The notes under the pieces are model-generated. The model was not told the origin of the DNA. It saw only the letters and a program-made list of their open reading frames with translations, and did no database searches. The position numbers and the translations under genes were made by a program. 64,000 nucleotides of DNA from Nitrospirota bacterium (GTDB lineage Bacteria > Nitrospinota > Nitrospinia > Nitrospinales > VA-1): the NCBI GenBank assembly GCA_003246675.1, contig QJZQ01000215.1, positions 4,936 to 68,935 of the forward strand. Reading direction: 5' to 3'. Positions 50,251 to 60,506 of the stretch are shown in pieces; the first letter of the stretch is position 1; each line of letters begins with the position of its first letter.

Positions 50251-50350
50251 ATACAGGGGGCCGGCGAGGGCTGAGCCCGCCGCGTGGATTTTTTTTTCAG
50301 AAAACAGGAGCCCGCATGGGTGGGGTGCAAAGAGCGAACAGAGAGGCTGC

Positions 50351-51484
50351 GTGAAGATCGCCATCATCAGGCAAAAGTACGTCAACTATGGCGGAGCCGA
50401 GAGTTTCGTCCAGCAATACACCGAATGGCTGGCGGAGCATGGGCACGAGATCCATATATTCGCCCACCGGTGGACCCCCTCGGCGAAGGAGAACATTCAT
50501 CTGCGGCCGGTCCCCGTGCTCACGTTCAATTCCCTCCTCCGCACGCTGTCGTTTGTCTGGAACGCGGCGCGGGCGGTTCGGCGGGAAGAGTTCGATGTTG
50601 TCCAGAGTCACGAAAAAACCTGGTGTCAGGATGTTTACCGCGCCGGAGACGGGTGCCACCGGCAGTGGCTTGTCGAGCGCGGCAGGCACGCGCCTTTCTC
50701 TAAAAGGCTGTTGACCGCGCTCAGCCCGCTTCACTGGTTGATCCTTGCGCTGGAGCGCCGCCTGGTGATGGACCCGGGTCTTAAAAAAATTGTCGCCATC
50801 TCGGAAATGGTGCGGCAGGATTTTCTCCGGCATTACCCCATCGCCGAAGATAAGTTTGCCGTGGTTTATAACGGCGTGCCCCTCAAGCGTTTTCATCCCG
50901 GCAACAAGGCGCGCTTGCGAGCCTCGGTGCGCCGCGAGCTCGATACCCCGGAAGAGGAGGTGGTGATCCTTTTCGTCGGCTCGGGGTTCGAGCGCAAGGG
51001 GCTGAGGTTTCTGCTCGCATCGCTTTCCCGCCTGGAAAAGCGGGGATGGCGGCTGTGGGTGGTGGGCAAGGGAAAGCGCCGGAGCTATCTGGAGTTCGCG
51101 GAGGAGGGCGTGCGGGACCGGGTTCACTTCCTCGACCCTGTCGACGATGTCGAGAAGTATTACGCCGCGGCGGATCTGTTCATTCTGCCTTCCATCTACG
51201 AACCGTTCGGCAACGTCTACCTGGAAGCCCTGGCGTCGGGCCTGCCGGTGATCGCAAGCAGGATGAGCGGGGCGGCGGAGATCATCGAGCACGGCGAGGA
51301 CGGGCTGATCCTGCAAGACCCCGCCGACACGGACGAGATCGCCCGCCACATTGGCACGCTATTCGATGAAGAAACGCGCGCGCGCATGGGCCTGAAGGCG
51401 CGGGAACTGGCGGAACGGTACACGCCGGAAAGAAACGCGCGGGAGATGCTGGCGATCTATGAGGATGTGATCCGCTCCCGCTAA
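50351..51484 (+). CDS. glycosyltransferase family 4 (WaaG/RfaG-like)
   Basis: GTG start. MKIAIIRQKYVNYGGAE...; EPFGNVYLEALASGLPVIASRMSGAAEII. Confidence 0.85.
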   Translation: MKIAIIRQKYVNYGGAESFVQQYTEWLAEHGHEIHIFAHRWTPSAKENIHLRPVPVLTFNSLLRTLSFVWNAARAVRREEFDVVQSHEKTWCQDVYRAGDGCHRQWLVERGRHAPFSKRLLTALSPLHWLILALERRLVMDPGLKKIVAISEMVRQDFLRHYPIAEDKFAVVYNGVPLKRFHPGNKARLRASVRRELDTPEEEVVILFVGSGFERKGLRFLLASLSRLEKRGWRLWVVGKGKRRSYLEFAEEGVRDRVHFLDPVDDVEKYYAAADLFILPSIYEPFGNVYLEALASGLPVIASRMSGAAEIIEHGEDGLILQDPADTDEIARHIGTLFDEETRARMGLKARELAERYTPERNAREMLAIYEDVIRSR

Positions 51485-51587
51485 TGGAGCAGGGCCGTTG
51501 CCGGAAAAATCACGCTCTCAACCTTGGAGCAAGCAATAAATTCCTCTCAAGGTAAATTCTAAAGGATAAAGAATAGAAGGGGGAAAA

Positions 51588-52673
51588 TCATGTTTCGGGT
51601 GTGGTTTTCAGGGCATCGTTAAACATGCCGATCAGCCGTTCGGTATTTTTATCCCAATCGAACTCAAGAACCTTTCGTCGCCCGTTTTCCGCCAGGCGGC
51701 GCAGACGCTCTTCATCGTCCAGAAGGGAAGCCAGGTTTGCCGCCAGTTTTTCCGGGTTGCGGGGCGGGGAGACCAAGGCTGTTTCTTCGTGGATGGCGTA
51801 ATCGCGGCAGCCGCCCGTATCGGTGGTCACCAGGGCCGCGCCGCAGGCGAGGGCCTCCATGCCGGGCAGGCCGAACCCTTCGTGCCAGCTGGTGCAAAGA
51901 AAAATGTCCGCCGATGCGTAAATTTTTCGCAAGGCCTCACCGGTGGGGCGGTAGTGATATTCGAATTCGAAACCCGCCTCGGCATACAGAGGGCGAGGGT
52001 CCTTCATCTTTTCGCCGAACACCACCAAGTCGATTTCTTTTCCCATCTCACGGACCTGGCGCACCGCGGCGATGCCGTCCTTATAACCTTTCCATTCGTA
52101 ATTATGGTGCAGCATCAAAACCCGGCGTGGCCGGTTCCATGTTTTGTTTTCGCAAAAAAACTGCGCGCGGTTGACCGGGGTGATGAACACCTCGGACGTC
52201 TGCTGATAATCAGTTTCGAGAATGGTCTTCAGCCAGGTGGAAACGACGATTTTGTTAAACGGCAGGCGATAGGTTCGCTCCGCGTCGTTGCGGTTGCCCG
52301 ACCAGAGGCTTTCGTGGTGCTGGATGAAATAAAATACTTCGCCCTGGGCCGGGCGGCACTCGGCGGCGAACTCGGCGGTCTGCCAGGCCGTGGCCACCAG
52401 GATGTCGGCATCGGGCAGCAGGCTGGTGTCCAGCCTGGGCAAAACGTCAATGGGAATTTGATTGTCGAACCAGTCCACCGTGCTTGCCGGCAGGGTTCGA
52501 ACCTGCTTGAAGTGAGCCACCAGCCTTCTTAGCAGGCGGTACCACCGCTCTTTTTTAGGCAGGACGACAAGGTGGACCTCATGGCCGCGGGCGTGCAGGC
52601 GCTGCGCGTATTCCAGGATCACCCGGACCCCGCCACTGAGACGGACATGCGGTAGAAGAAAGAAGATTTTCAC
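51588..52673 (-). CDS. glycosyltransferase family 4
   Basis: MKIFFLLPHVRLSGGVRV...; EGFGLPGMEALACGAALVTTDTGG. Confidence 0.8.
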   Translation of the reverse strand: MKIFFLLPHVRLSGGVRVILEYAQRLHARGHEVHLVVLPKKERWYRLLRRLVAHFKQVRTLPASTVDWFDNQIPIDVLPRLDTSLLPDADILVATAWQTAEFAAECRPAQGEVFYFIQHHESLWSGNRNDAERTYRLPFNKIVVSTWLKTILETDYQQTSEVFITPVNRAQFFCENKTWNRPRRVLMLHHNYEWKGYKDGIAAVRQVREMGKEIDLVVFGEKMKDPRPLYAEAGFEFEYHYRPTGEALRKIYASADIFLCTSWHEGFGLPGMEALACGAALVTTDTGGCRDYAIHEETALVSPPRNPEKLAANLASLLDDEERLRRLAENGRRKVLEFDWDKNTERLIGMFNDALKTTPET

Positions 52674-53297
52674 GGACAGGGTTGGGAGATTGGAAGTTTA
52701 ATTTTGATTTTCACGGGGTCATGAAAATAAGCGGGTTCGTATTTGGGCCTCGAACTTGCGCCGGGGTGGGCTGGTTTTGCCGCCCTGACTTCAAGCTCGA
52801 AAGCCGCCTCAACCAATGGGTACGCTACTCGGAGGGGCTCAATGCACCTCGCGTGAATTTCCGATACCCGTGATCAATATACTCAACGTTTGTAAATCGA
52901 TTTTGAACGTTACTGAAACCATTTCTATGGGAAAAGATGAGAGGATATGAGATGAAGCTGTTGAATTTGCCTTGTGCATGCTCTCGGTAAAAGACATCCA
53001 CAATCTGCATATTCGGCTTATTTCCCGGGATGTTATCCAACAGCCCCAACTCGCTGGCGCATCGGATAACATCCGTTCCTGGCCGGTCCCCGTCCTTTTC
53101 TGTTCTTGAAATGTATCTTTAAGTTGCCCGACACTGGCCTGGAGTCCACCTCGCGGCGTTCTGGCACTCCATAATGAATTTATCGTGTTATCCAACTTCT
53201 GACTTCGTTCCGGGCTATATCATTTCCTCGCCATCATCCCCAGTCCTTTTGCGATAGCTAAATTACTCGCGGTGGAAACCGCCGCAGAGATCGAAGG

Positions 53298-54062
53298 TTA
53301 TTTTTTCTTTAACCAGGCGCAGGGCCAATGGGTGATATTCTGATCGAGGTTGCTTTCGTTAAATTGCCAGGGAGGGGTTTCAAGGACGAATTCCGGGTGC
53401 TCCGAAATAAAGTTCTCCACTGCCATTACCGGATTATCCTCTGCCCAATCTTCTTTTCCTCGGGGGACATCATACAGATCCTGCATAATTCCATCGGTCG
53501 CAACTATGTAGGAGCCCTGTGTCACCAGATCCCCATATGCCTGCAGCTCACCCAGCACATGCTGCCTGCTGTGATTGGAGTCGAGAATAACCAGGGTGGT
53601 TTCCCCGGGTTGTATCAGGGATTTGACTTGTTCCACGATCTCCGGCGCGATCGAACTGCCTTCCACGAGGGTGATGTATGGGGATAAATCGTGCTCTTCG
53701 ATGGCCTTCCGGTTATGTGGGCGAATTTCGATATCAATTCCGATAACTCTCCCCTTCCCCAGAGCTTTGCACAGGCTGGCGGAAAATATCAGTGAACCGC
53801 CGTGTGCGACTCCGGTTTCAATGATGACATCCGGCCGAAGACTGAAGATCACTTCCTGAGTTCGAATCATGTCCTCAGGCAGTTGGATCACCGGCCTGCC
53901 CATCCAGGAGAAGGTGTAGGTATATTTTTGATTCCATCCCATCTTCAGCCACTGCCGCGAAATCAGCTCAAACGCTTCCTTGGAGTAGAGGTCAATTTCT
54001 CGACTCTTGTCATTGGTTTCCAGTAACAGGGTCTTTTTTTCGGAATCGATCGTCAGTTTCAT
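53298..54062 (-). CDS. CmcI/cephalosporin-hydroxylase-family methyltransferase (sugar O-methyltransferase-like)
   Basis: WMGRPVIQLPEDMIRTQEVIFSLRPDVIIETGVAHGGSLIFSA and ILDSNHS are typical of PF04989. Confidence 0.8.
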   Translation of the reverse strand: MKLTIDSEKKTLLLETNDKSREIDLYSKEAFELISRQWLKMGWNQKYTYTFSWMGRPVIQLPEDMIRTQEVIFSLRPDVIIETGVAHGGSLIFSASLCKALGKGRVIGIDIEIRPHNRKAIEEHDLSPYITLVEGSSIAPEIVEQVKSLIQPGETTLVILDSNHSRQHVLGELQAYGDLVTQGSYIVATDGIMQDLYDVPRGKEDWAEDNPVMAVENFISEHPEFVLETPPWQFNESNLDQNITHWPCAWLKKK

Positions 54063-54103
54063 TTTTTCCTCTGTAAAGCCTTTCGCGGTTAGGCAGGTTT
54101 ATT

Positions 54104-55012
54104 TTATTTGCCGGCGAGACTTTTCCACCAGTTTATAGTCCTATTCAATCCTTCATCCAAATCGATTTTGGGTCTCCAGCCTAATTGTGTAAATAATTTC
54201 TGTGTGTCGGCCACCAAAACCGGCGGTTCGCCCTCCGGCGAGGGCAGGGCACCGAAGTGGACCCGTCGTGACTCTCCCAGCTTTTCAGCGGTATGTGAAA
54301 TAATTTTTTTAATTTTGACCGGTTCTCCGGAACCAATATTTATAGGCCCCTCTACATTGCTTTCCAAGAGGGCCGTGAACGCTTCCGCCGCATCGGAAAC
54401 ATATAGATAATCCCTAATTTGATTACCATGAGAGCATTGCGCAGGCTTTCCTTCAAGAAGAGAATTGATCACCGACGGAACGAGCCGGACAGGGTGCTCA
54501 AATGGACCGTAGACGAAAAAAATACGCCCCCAGGCGCTGCTTATCCCGACCTGTTTGCTGTAAGCACTCAACAGGGCCTGCAAGGAGTTTTTACATACTC
54601 CATACAACGATTTGGGGAGCAAGTGGGTTATGGTTTCCGAAAAGACGCCTTGATTCCAGTCGTACTCGGCACAGCTTCCGGCCATAACGATTCGCTCTCC
54701 ACCTCTTTCGGCAAACTCTTGCATCAGGTTAAGGCTGGCACGCACCCAGCGGATATTTTCTGTGGAATGCCAGTATTTCCCCGGCTCCGCATACCAGGCA
54801 AAATGAAGAAGGTGCGTGGGTTGGATCAAATCGATCAATCTCTTGATTTGGCCAGGGGCTAAAAGATCAGCCTGATGCCATTTGATATTTGAAGTATTGT
54901 CTTCGGGGGGATTCCGGCAGACGGCGTTGACCTCAAAAGCTTTGTCATTAAGAAATGGCAGGCAATGGCGGCCGATAAACCCTGACGCACCCGTCACTAG
55001 AACTTTTTTCAT
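54104..55012 (-). CDS. NAD-dependent epimerase/dehydratase-family SDR (probable NDP-4-keto sugar reductase)
   Basis: VLVTGASGFIGRH Rossmann motif and YGVCK (YxxxK). Confidence 0.8.
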   Translation of the reverse strand: MKKVLVTGASGFIGRHCLPFLNDKAFEVNAVCRNPPEDNTSNIKWHQADLLAPGQIKRLIDLIQPTHLLHFAWYAEPGKYWHSTENIRWVRASLNLMQEFAERGGERIVMAGSCAEYDWNQGVFSETITHLLPKSLYGVCKNSLQALLSAYSKQVGISSAWGRIFFVYGPFEHPVRLVPSVINSLLEGKPAQCSHGNQIRDYLYVSDAAEAFTALLESNVEGPINIGSGEPVKIKKIISHTAEKLGESRRVHFGALPSPEGEPPVLVADTQKLFTQLGWRPKIDLDEGLNRTINWWKSLAGK

Positions 55013-55539
55013 CCTTCAAAGCCGGGATATTGCTGGTCTTTTATGGAGATTATTTTTTCGTAAATTGGCCATTCGATTCCGAAGGCCGGGTCATCCCATC
55101 GAATGCCACGGGCGCTTTGCGGGCGATAGAACTCTGACATTTGGTAAAACATCTCGGTCTCATCCTGAAGGGTCTGGAACCCATGGGCAAAGCCTTCCGG
55201 GATATAAAGTTGGGTGCGATTTTCCGCCGAAAGCTCGACCGCCATCCATTTTTTGAACGTGGGGGAATCGGTGCGCAAATCAATGATAACGTCATAGATC
55301 GATCCCTTGGTCACGCGAATGAGTTTGGCTTCCTCATAAGGTTTTATCTGGAAATGCATCCCCCTCAAGGTGCCCTTCCGCCTGTTGAACGAAATATTGC
55401 ATTGCGCCAGATTGGGGTTCAGGTTGTTCGATTGGAATGTTTCGCGGCAGTACGTTCGGGCGAAAAAACCTCGCTCGTCCTCAATCCGTTCTGGTTCGAT
55501 GACGAAAGCGCCCTTCAAAAATGTTTCCTTGAATATCAC
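55009..55539 (-). CDS. NDP-4-dehydro-6-deoxyhexose 3,5-epimerase (RmlC-like cupin)
   Basis: GTG at 55539 shares one base with the upstream TAG. FVIEPERIEDERGFFARTY, LRGMHFQ, KLIRVTKGSIYDVIIDLR and IPEGFAHGF. Confidence 0.8.
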   Translation of the reverse strand: MIFKETFLKGAFVIEPERIEDERGFFARTYCRETFQSNNLNPNLAQCNISFNRRKGTLRGMHFQIKPYEEAKLIRVTKGSIYDVIIDLRTDSPTFKKWMAVELSAENRTQLYIPEGFAHGFQTLQDETEMFYQMSEFYRPQSARGIRWDDPAFGIEWPIYEKIISIKDQQYPGFEG

Positions 55540-56777
55540 TACAATATCTTCAGCTTGGGCAGGGGGACAACAAACCTTCCCCCCCATTCCCGGATCAGGC
55601 TCATCTGATCCATGATTTCGTTTTGAATATTCCAGGGCAGGATGAACAGGTAATCGGGCTTTGTTTCTCTTATTCGCTCCGGAGGAAAGACCTGGATATG
55701 CGTTCCCGGCAAAAAACAACCTTGCTTGGCTGGGTTCCGGTCCACTGCATAATCGATGAAATCCTTCCCAATGCCACAATAGTTAAGAAGCGTATTGCCC
55801 TTGGCGGCGGCGCCATAAACCACGATTGACTTGCCCTCTTGTTTGAGGTCTATCAAAGCGGTAATAATTTCGCGTTTCTTGTCGCGCACCTTTTGTGAAA
55901 ATGTTTCATACGCCTCAAGCCGATTCAGCCCTGCCGCTACCTCCAGTTCCCTGAAGCGGTTCAGGCTTTCAGAGGGCGGAAACGATTTGGTTCCTTCATG
56001 TTTGACAAAAATACGTAAGGAACCGCCATGGGTTTTGAGCTCTTCCACATCGAACAACACTAGCCCGTGTTTTTCAAAAACCTTTTCCAACGCTACCAGG
56101 GAAAAATAGGAAAAATGCTCATGGTAAATCGTATCGAATTGAGTCTCATCCATCAACCGGAGCACATGAGGGAACTCCAGGGTCAGAATCCCATCCGCTT
56201 TAAGGAGGATCCTAAGTCCCTCGACAAAATCATGCAGGTCGGGAACGTGAGCCAAAACATTGTTTCCCAGAAGAAGATCTGCTTGCTTCTTCTGCTCCAC
56301 CAGCTGTTCCGCCAGAGCAATACCAAAAAAATCCGTGACCATGGGGATGCCTGAATCCTCCGCCACCTGGGCGACGTTTTTTGCAGGTTCGATCCCCAGA
56401 ATCTGAAAGCCCCTTTCTTTAAAATTTTTGAGAAGGTAACCATCGTTGCTGGCCACTTCTATGACCCTGCTGGACGGGGCAAGTCCAAAGCGCTTCACCA
56501 TCATCTCCGTATACTGACGCGCGTGTTCAAGCCACGTTTGGGAGTAAGAGGAGAAATAGACGTAATCGCTAAAAATATTTTCCGGACTTTCATATTCTTC
56601 CAATTGAACTAGAAAACAAGCTTCACATACGTAGGCATGGAGTGGATAAAATGCTTCGGACTGTTTCAGTTGTTTGGCTTTCAAAAACGAATTTGAAAGA
56701 GGAGTCATTCCTAAATCACAAAAAGTGACTCTTAGGACTTCGCCACAGGATCTGCATGTTTGGAGAGGGATATTCAT
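55539..56777 (-). CDS. NDP-hexose C-methyltransferase (TylCIII-like; Zn-ribbon + SAM MTase + C-terminal C-MT domain)
   Basis: CRSCGEVLRVTFCDLGMTPLSNSF N-terminus, SAM motif VIEVASNDGYLL, and C-terminal YGAAAKGNTLLNYCG...PGTHIQV. Confidence 0.8.
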   Translation of the reverse strand: MNIPLQTCRSCGEVLRVTFCDLGMTPLSNSFLKAKQLKQSEAFYPLHAYVCEACFLVQLEEYESPENIFSDYVYFSSYSQTWLEHARQYTEMMVKRFGLAPSSRVIEVASNDGYLLKNFKERGFQILGIEPAKNVAQVAEDSGIPMVTDFFGIALAEQLVEQKKQADLLLGNNVLAHVPDLHDFVEGLRILLKADGILTLEFPHVLRLMDETQFDTIYHEHFSYFSLVALEKVFEKHGLVLFDVEELKTHGGSLRIFVKHEGTKSFPPSESLNRFRELEVAAGLNRLEAYETFSQKVRDKKREIITALIDLKQEGKSIVVYGAAAKGNTLLNYCGIGKDFIDYAVDRNPAKQGCFLPGTHIQVFPPERIRETKPDYLFILPWNIQNEIMDQMSLIREWGGRFVVPLPKLKIL

Positions 56778-57844
56778 GCTAGAGATTGAAATCGGTTGAT
56801 CTGTTCTTCGGTGATCTTTCTCAGGTTGCCTCGGTTCTCAAAGACCTTATACCACTCCACAGTCCAACCCAATGCTTCCTCCAGGTTAAGCCGAGGTATC
56901 CAGTTGATGTGAATATTCGCCTTTGAGCAATCCAGTCGAAGGGTCTTTGACTCATGGGGGTGCGCTGTGGAATCGAGTTCCCAGGAGGTGTTGTCACCCC
57001 AGATTTTGACAAGACGGTCAACAATCCAGGATACCTTTTGTTCGTCCTTTCTAAGCGGGCCAAAATTCCAGGCGCCCGAAAACTCCGCCGGCTTTTCCCA
57101 TAGATGTTCCGCCAGGACCAAATAACCATTGAGGGGATCTAGAACGTGCTGCCAGGGCCGGATGGAATCCGGGTTGCGAATGGTCACGGCCTGTTTTTTC
57201 AAAAAAGCATTGACCATATCCGGAATCAGGCGATTTGGGGCCCAGTCGCCTCCTCCAATCACATTGCCGGCCCTGACCGAAGCAATACCCTTGATATCTG
57301 CCTGAGACGTCCGGTTTTCAAAAAAGGAGTGGCGATAGGCGGCGGTCACCAGTTCCGCACATCCCTTACTGCTGGAGTAAGGATCCAGGCCACCGACAGG
57401 TTCATTTTCCCTATAGCCCCAGTCCCACTCTTTGTTCTCATAACATTTGTCACTGGTTACAACTATCACCACCCGGGTGGGTGAGCAACTTCTGACTGCT
57501 TCCAGCAGGTGAGCCGTTCCCATGACATTGGTAGCATAGGTTTCCAAAGGTTGATTGTAGGAGGGAATTACCAGCGATTGGGCCGCCATGTGGATCACGA
57601 TATCCGGTTGGCTTTCTTTCAACGCGGAAGTTAAGCTCTCCAAGTCGCACACGTTGCCGACGATGGAATGCATTCCTTTCGCGACCCCCGCTCTTTCAAA
57701 AAGATTAGGGTCCGTCAAAGGTTCCAGAGCATAACCGGTTAACTCGGCACCAAAACCTTGCAACAATAAGGAAAGCCAGCTCCCCTTAAATCCCGTATGT
57801 CCGGTGATAAATGTTTTTTTTCCTTTCCAGAAGTCGGGATTCAT
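56774..57844 (-). CDS. rfbG: CDP-glucose 4,6-dehydratase
   Basis: [34 protein letters not shown], and typical RfbG length and C-terminus. Confidence 0.9.
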   Translation of the reverse strand: MNPDFWKGKKTFITGHTGFKGSWLSLLLQGFGAELTGYALEPLTDPNLFERAGVAKGMHSIVGNVCDLESLTSALKESQPDIVIHMAAQSLVIPSYNQPLETYATNVMGTAHLLEAVRSCSPTRVVIVVTSDKCYENKEWDWGYRENEPVGGLDPYSSSKGCAELVTAAYRHSFFENRTSQADIKGIASVRAGNVIGGGDWAPNRLIPDMVNAFLKKQAVTIRNPDSIRPWQHVLDPLNGYLVLAEHLWEKPAEFSGAWNFGPLRKDEQKVSWIVDRLVKIWGDNTSWELDSTAHPHESKTLRLDCSKANIHINWIPRLNLEEALGWTVEWYKVFENRGNLRKITEEQINRFQSLA

Positions 57845-58611
57845 CGCCAGATTTTCCAGGGGGCATTATTGGATTGCCATAAATCTTCCAGGTAGTTTTT
57901 ATCGCGCAGGGTATCCATGGCATGCCAGAATCCCTGGTGAGTGTATGCGGACAAGTTTCCCTCGCGGGCGAGAGTCTCAAGAGGTTTGCGCTCCCAGACT
58001 GTTTTATCGCCGTCGATATAGTCCAGAGTCTGTGGAGACAGCACAAAAAAACCTCCGTTGATATACCCTCCATCTCCTTCAGGTTTTTCCTGAAAGGTGG
58101 TGATCTTGTTCCCCTGCAAATTGATTGCGCCAAATCGACCGGGTGGCTTGGTGGCGGTGAGGGTGGCGAGGGTTCCCTGCTTTTTATGAAAAGCGATGAG
58201 TTGGTTGATATTCACATCCGCCAAGCCATCTCCATAGGTAAAACAAAAATCCGATTGATCCAGGTAGTTTTTGATTCTTTTCAATCTTCCGCCGGTCATG
58301 GTCTCTTCCCCGGTATCCACCAAAGTCACTTTCCACGGTTCGGCCGTGTGCTGATGAACCTCCATTTTATTTTTGGCGACATCAAAGGTGACATCGGACA
58401 TGTGCAAAAAATAATTGGCGAAGTACTCTTTGATCATATAGCCCTTAAACCCCAGGCAAACCACGAAGTCATTCAATCCGTAGGACGAGTAAATTTTCAT
58501 GATGTGCCAGAGAAGTGGTTTGCCGCCAACCTCCACCATGGGCTTGGGGCGCATCTGAGTCTCCTCGCTGATGCGAGTGCCCATTCCTCCAGCCAATATA
58601 ACAACCTTCAT
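57841..58611 (-). CDS. rfbF: glucose-1-phosphate cytidylyltransferase
   Basis: [18 protein letters not shown]...[20 protein letters not shown]...GGFFVL...[11 protein letters not shown] closely matches enterobacterial RfbF as I remember it. Confidence 0.9.
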   Translation of the reverse strand: MKVVILAGGMGTRISEETQMRPKPMVEVGGKPLLWHIMKIYSSYGLNDFVVCLGFKGYMIKEYFANYFLHMSDVTFDVAKNKMEVHQHTAEPWKVTLVDTGEETMTGGRLKRIKNYLDQSDFCFTYGDGLADVNINQLIAFHKKQGTLATLTATKPPGRFGAINLQGNKITTFQEKPEGDGGYINGGFFVLSPQTLDYIDGDKTVWERKPLETLAREGNLSAYTHQGFWHAMDTLRDKNYLEDLWQSNNAPWKIWR

Positions 58612-58974
58612 AAGTCAACTATCAACATGAATGATCCGGATGAAAATTGCGTTATGAAAAACCGCGATTTTATGTCTAAAAAAGAGGGAATAGTGCGGCG
58701 TAAAGGAAAAAACTGGAACAGCTCTAATCGTATTATAATGTTGAGAATATCATACCTTATGATATAAAAGAAAGAAGGCCGATAGATTAGATTTTGTCAA
58801 TTCAATATTTTTAACATAATTTCCTCAATAAATATAGATGAGTTTGCCGGGAAAAACCTTCTCAAATAAGAGCCTGGGCTTTCTCTTCAAACGGGTTTTA
58901 CGCCCGATCATTTTCAAACAAGCTGGCCGGTTTCGAGCCATCCCCAATAATTCAGCCAAAACCAACGACCCCCC

Positions 58975-60075
58975 ATGGATAACCCTTTAATTTCCCTGCT
59001 GGTTCCTACCCGAGAACGGTGTCATACTCTTCAGTATTCCCTGCAAACAGCCTTAAATCAGAAAAGCACGAATTATGAAATTATTGTCAGCGATAATTTC
59101 AGCCAGGATGATACCAGAAAAGTCACCGAAAGTTTCAACGACCCCCGAATCAAGTATTTTAATACGGGAAAACGTTTGTCCATGTGTGAAAACTGGGACT
59201 TTGCCTGCGAAAAGGCCTCCGGAGAATTCATCATCATAATTGGCGACGATGATGGGGTGATGCCCGGATCCATCGATTATCTCGAAAATTTCATCAAGGA
59301 AAATCCTTCAGACATTTATTACTGGGACAACCATATCTACACTTGGCCAAAGCAGGGGAAGCAAGCTGAAATCAATTATATTGCCGTCAGAGAAAATCCT
59401 TCTCCGATGAATGTGCAAAAGATGGTGCGTGAAACCATCACCTGGGGAACCAATAAAATTGCACGGCTGCCAATGGTTTACCACTCAGCCGTATCCCAAA
59501 AAGTCCTGAATAAAATTAAGGAAAAGACAGGTAAAATTTTTCATTCGGTCAATCCGGATATCTTCTCTGCTTATGCCTTACCTGTTTTTACCAACAGGGC
59601 CATCAATTTGGGCCGAGTCATCACCGTGAGCGGAAGATCGCCCAAGGCTAATAGCAGTGGGGACGATGCGATTGTGGAAAGGTTTCTTAAGGAATTCGGA
59701 GATTATCAATGGCATCCGAATCTCAATACAAAATGGCCTCGGTACGTGTATTTTCTCCTCGATACCATCCTGGTTGCCATGGAACTTTTTCCCGAGTTTT
59801 ACGGAGATATCAAGTTTAATTACAGTGCAATGTGGGCGGTCTGTAGAAAAAAGGTGGGGAAAAACGTGCTTGAAATTATCCGGTCCCGCAAAGAAATCAG
59901 GAAATATCACTCCTTCGATGTTGCGATATTTCTGTCATACTTGGCCGGTCATTATCTGTCGGGGCCCTGGGAACGTTTGTCTGGGAGAAAGGCGCGCATT
60001 GCCAGAAGAACAATCAATCGGGGGAATCCCCCCAATAATATCCTGGAATTTGTTAACTTGGTGGCGGAAGTTTAA
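58975..60075 (+). CDS. glycosyltransferase family 2
   Basis: ISLLVPTRERCHTL...YEIIVSDNFSQDDT...IIIGDDDGV (DxD). Confidence 0.8.
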   Translation: MDNPLISLLVPTRERCHTLQYSLQTALNQKSTNYEIIVSDNFSQDDTRKVTESFNDPRIKYFNTGKRLSMCENWDFACEKASGEFIIIIGDDDGVMPGSIDYLENFIKENPSDIYYWDNHIYTWPKQGKQAEINYIAVRENPSPMNVQKMVRETITWGTNKIARLPMVYHSAVSQKVLNKIKEKTGKIFHSVNPDIFSAYALPVFTNRAINLGRVITVSGRSPKANSSGDDAIVERFLKEFGDYQWHPNLNTKWPRYVYFLLDTILVAMELFPEFYGDIKFNYSAMWAVCRKKVGKNVLEIIRSRKEIRKYHSFDVAIFLSYLAGHYLSGPWERLSGRKARIARRTINRGNPPNNILEFVNLVAEV

Positions 60076-60222
60076 AGTCTTGTCGGTTACGTTCCCCTTC
60101 TCCCTTCCTATTGCCATTATCCCACAATATTCTGTAGGGGCCATGGATTGCCATCTTTTTATTAATGCTCTTCGAGAGCCTTCCTGTCCCTTGGCATTCC
60201 AGAGAAGACACTTTTCATGGAG

Positions 60223-60384
60223 CTACCCATTATGGTAGTCGGATTCCGCCAAGTTCTTGCCATGGAGAGACCATAACCTTCTTTTTCCATACAGAATGCC
60301 GTTCTTAAGGCGACCTTCTTCAATAAGATTTCCATCGCCATCAAGGAATTGTTTTACCTCTATGTCTTTAGATTTATGCGACAT
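60223..60384 (-). pseudogene. MORN/YwqK-like repeat gene fragment with in-frame TAG
   Basis: My hand translation gives MSHKSKDIEVKQFLDGDGNLIEEGRLKNGILYGKRRLWSLHGKNLAESDYHNG*. The repeat pattern continues after the stop (LHEKCLLWNAKGQ). Confidence 0.35.
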
Positions 60385-60506
60385 AAGTAATTACCTGGCG
60401 AGAAAAATCTATAAATGGAATATATTTAGGCGGTTCTTATGAATCAGGATTCCCACCATTTCTATTATATGGGGCGCGTCGAAACGACGCTCGTGGTTGG
60501 AATGCT

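Noticed and set aside
52825-53195. ORFs 52825..53049 and 52839..53195 (minus strand) as real genes.
   Set aside because: They are overlapping alternative frames with alternative start codons, no ribosome-binding context and no recognisable family. They are treated as decay products in the findings instead.
55540-55779. Extended start (55779 or 55587) for the RmlC-like epimerase.
   Set aside because: The extension overlaps the C-methyltransferase gene by up to 240 nt and adds non-homologous sequence. GTG 55539 yields the normal about 177-aa cupin.
58612-58974. JUMPStart/ops-like element or a clear promoter in the AT-rich divergent region between rfbF and the GT2 gene.
   Set aside because: No GGCGGTAG ops core was found. 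Several weak -35/-10 combinations (for example TTGTCA near 58795) are possible, but none is convincing by eye.
59935-60144. 69-aa minus-strand ORF overlapping the 3' end of the GT2 gene.
   Set aside because: It is antisense to a well-supported GT2 gene. It is only the read-through tail of the broken MORN-like frame.
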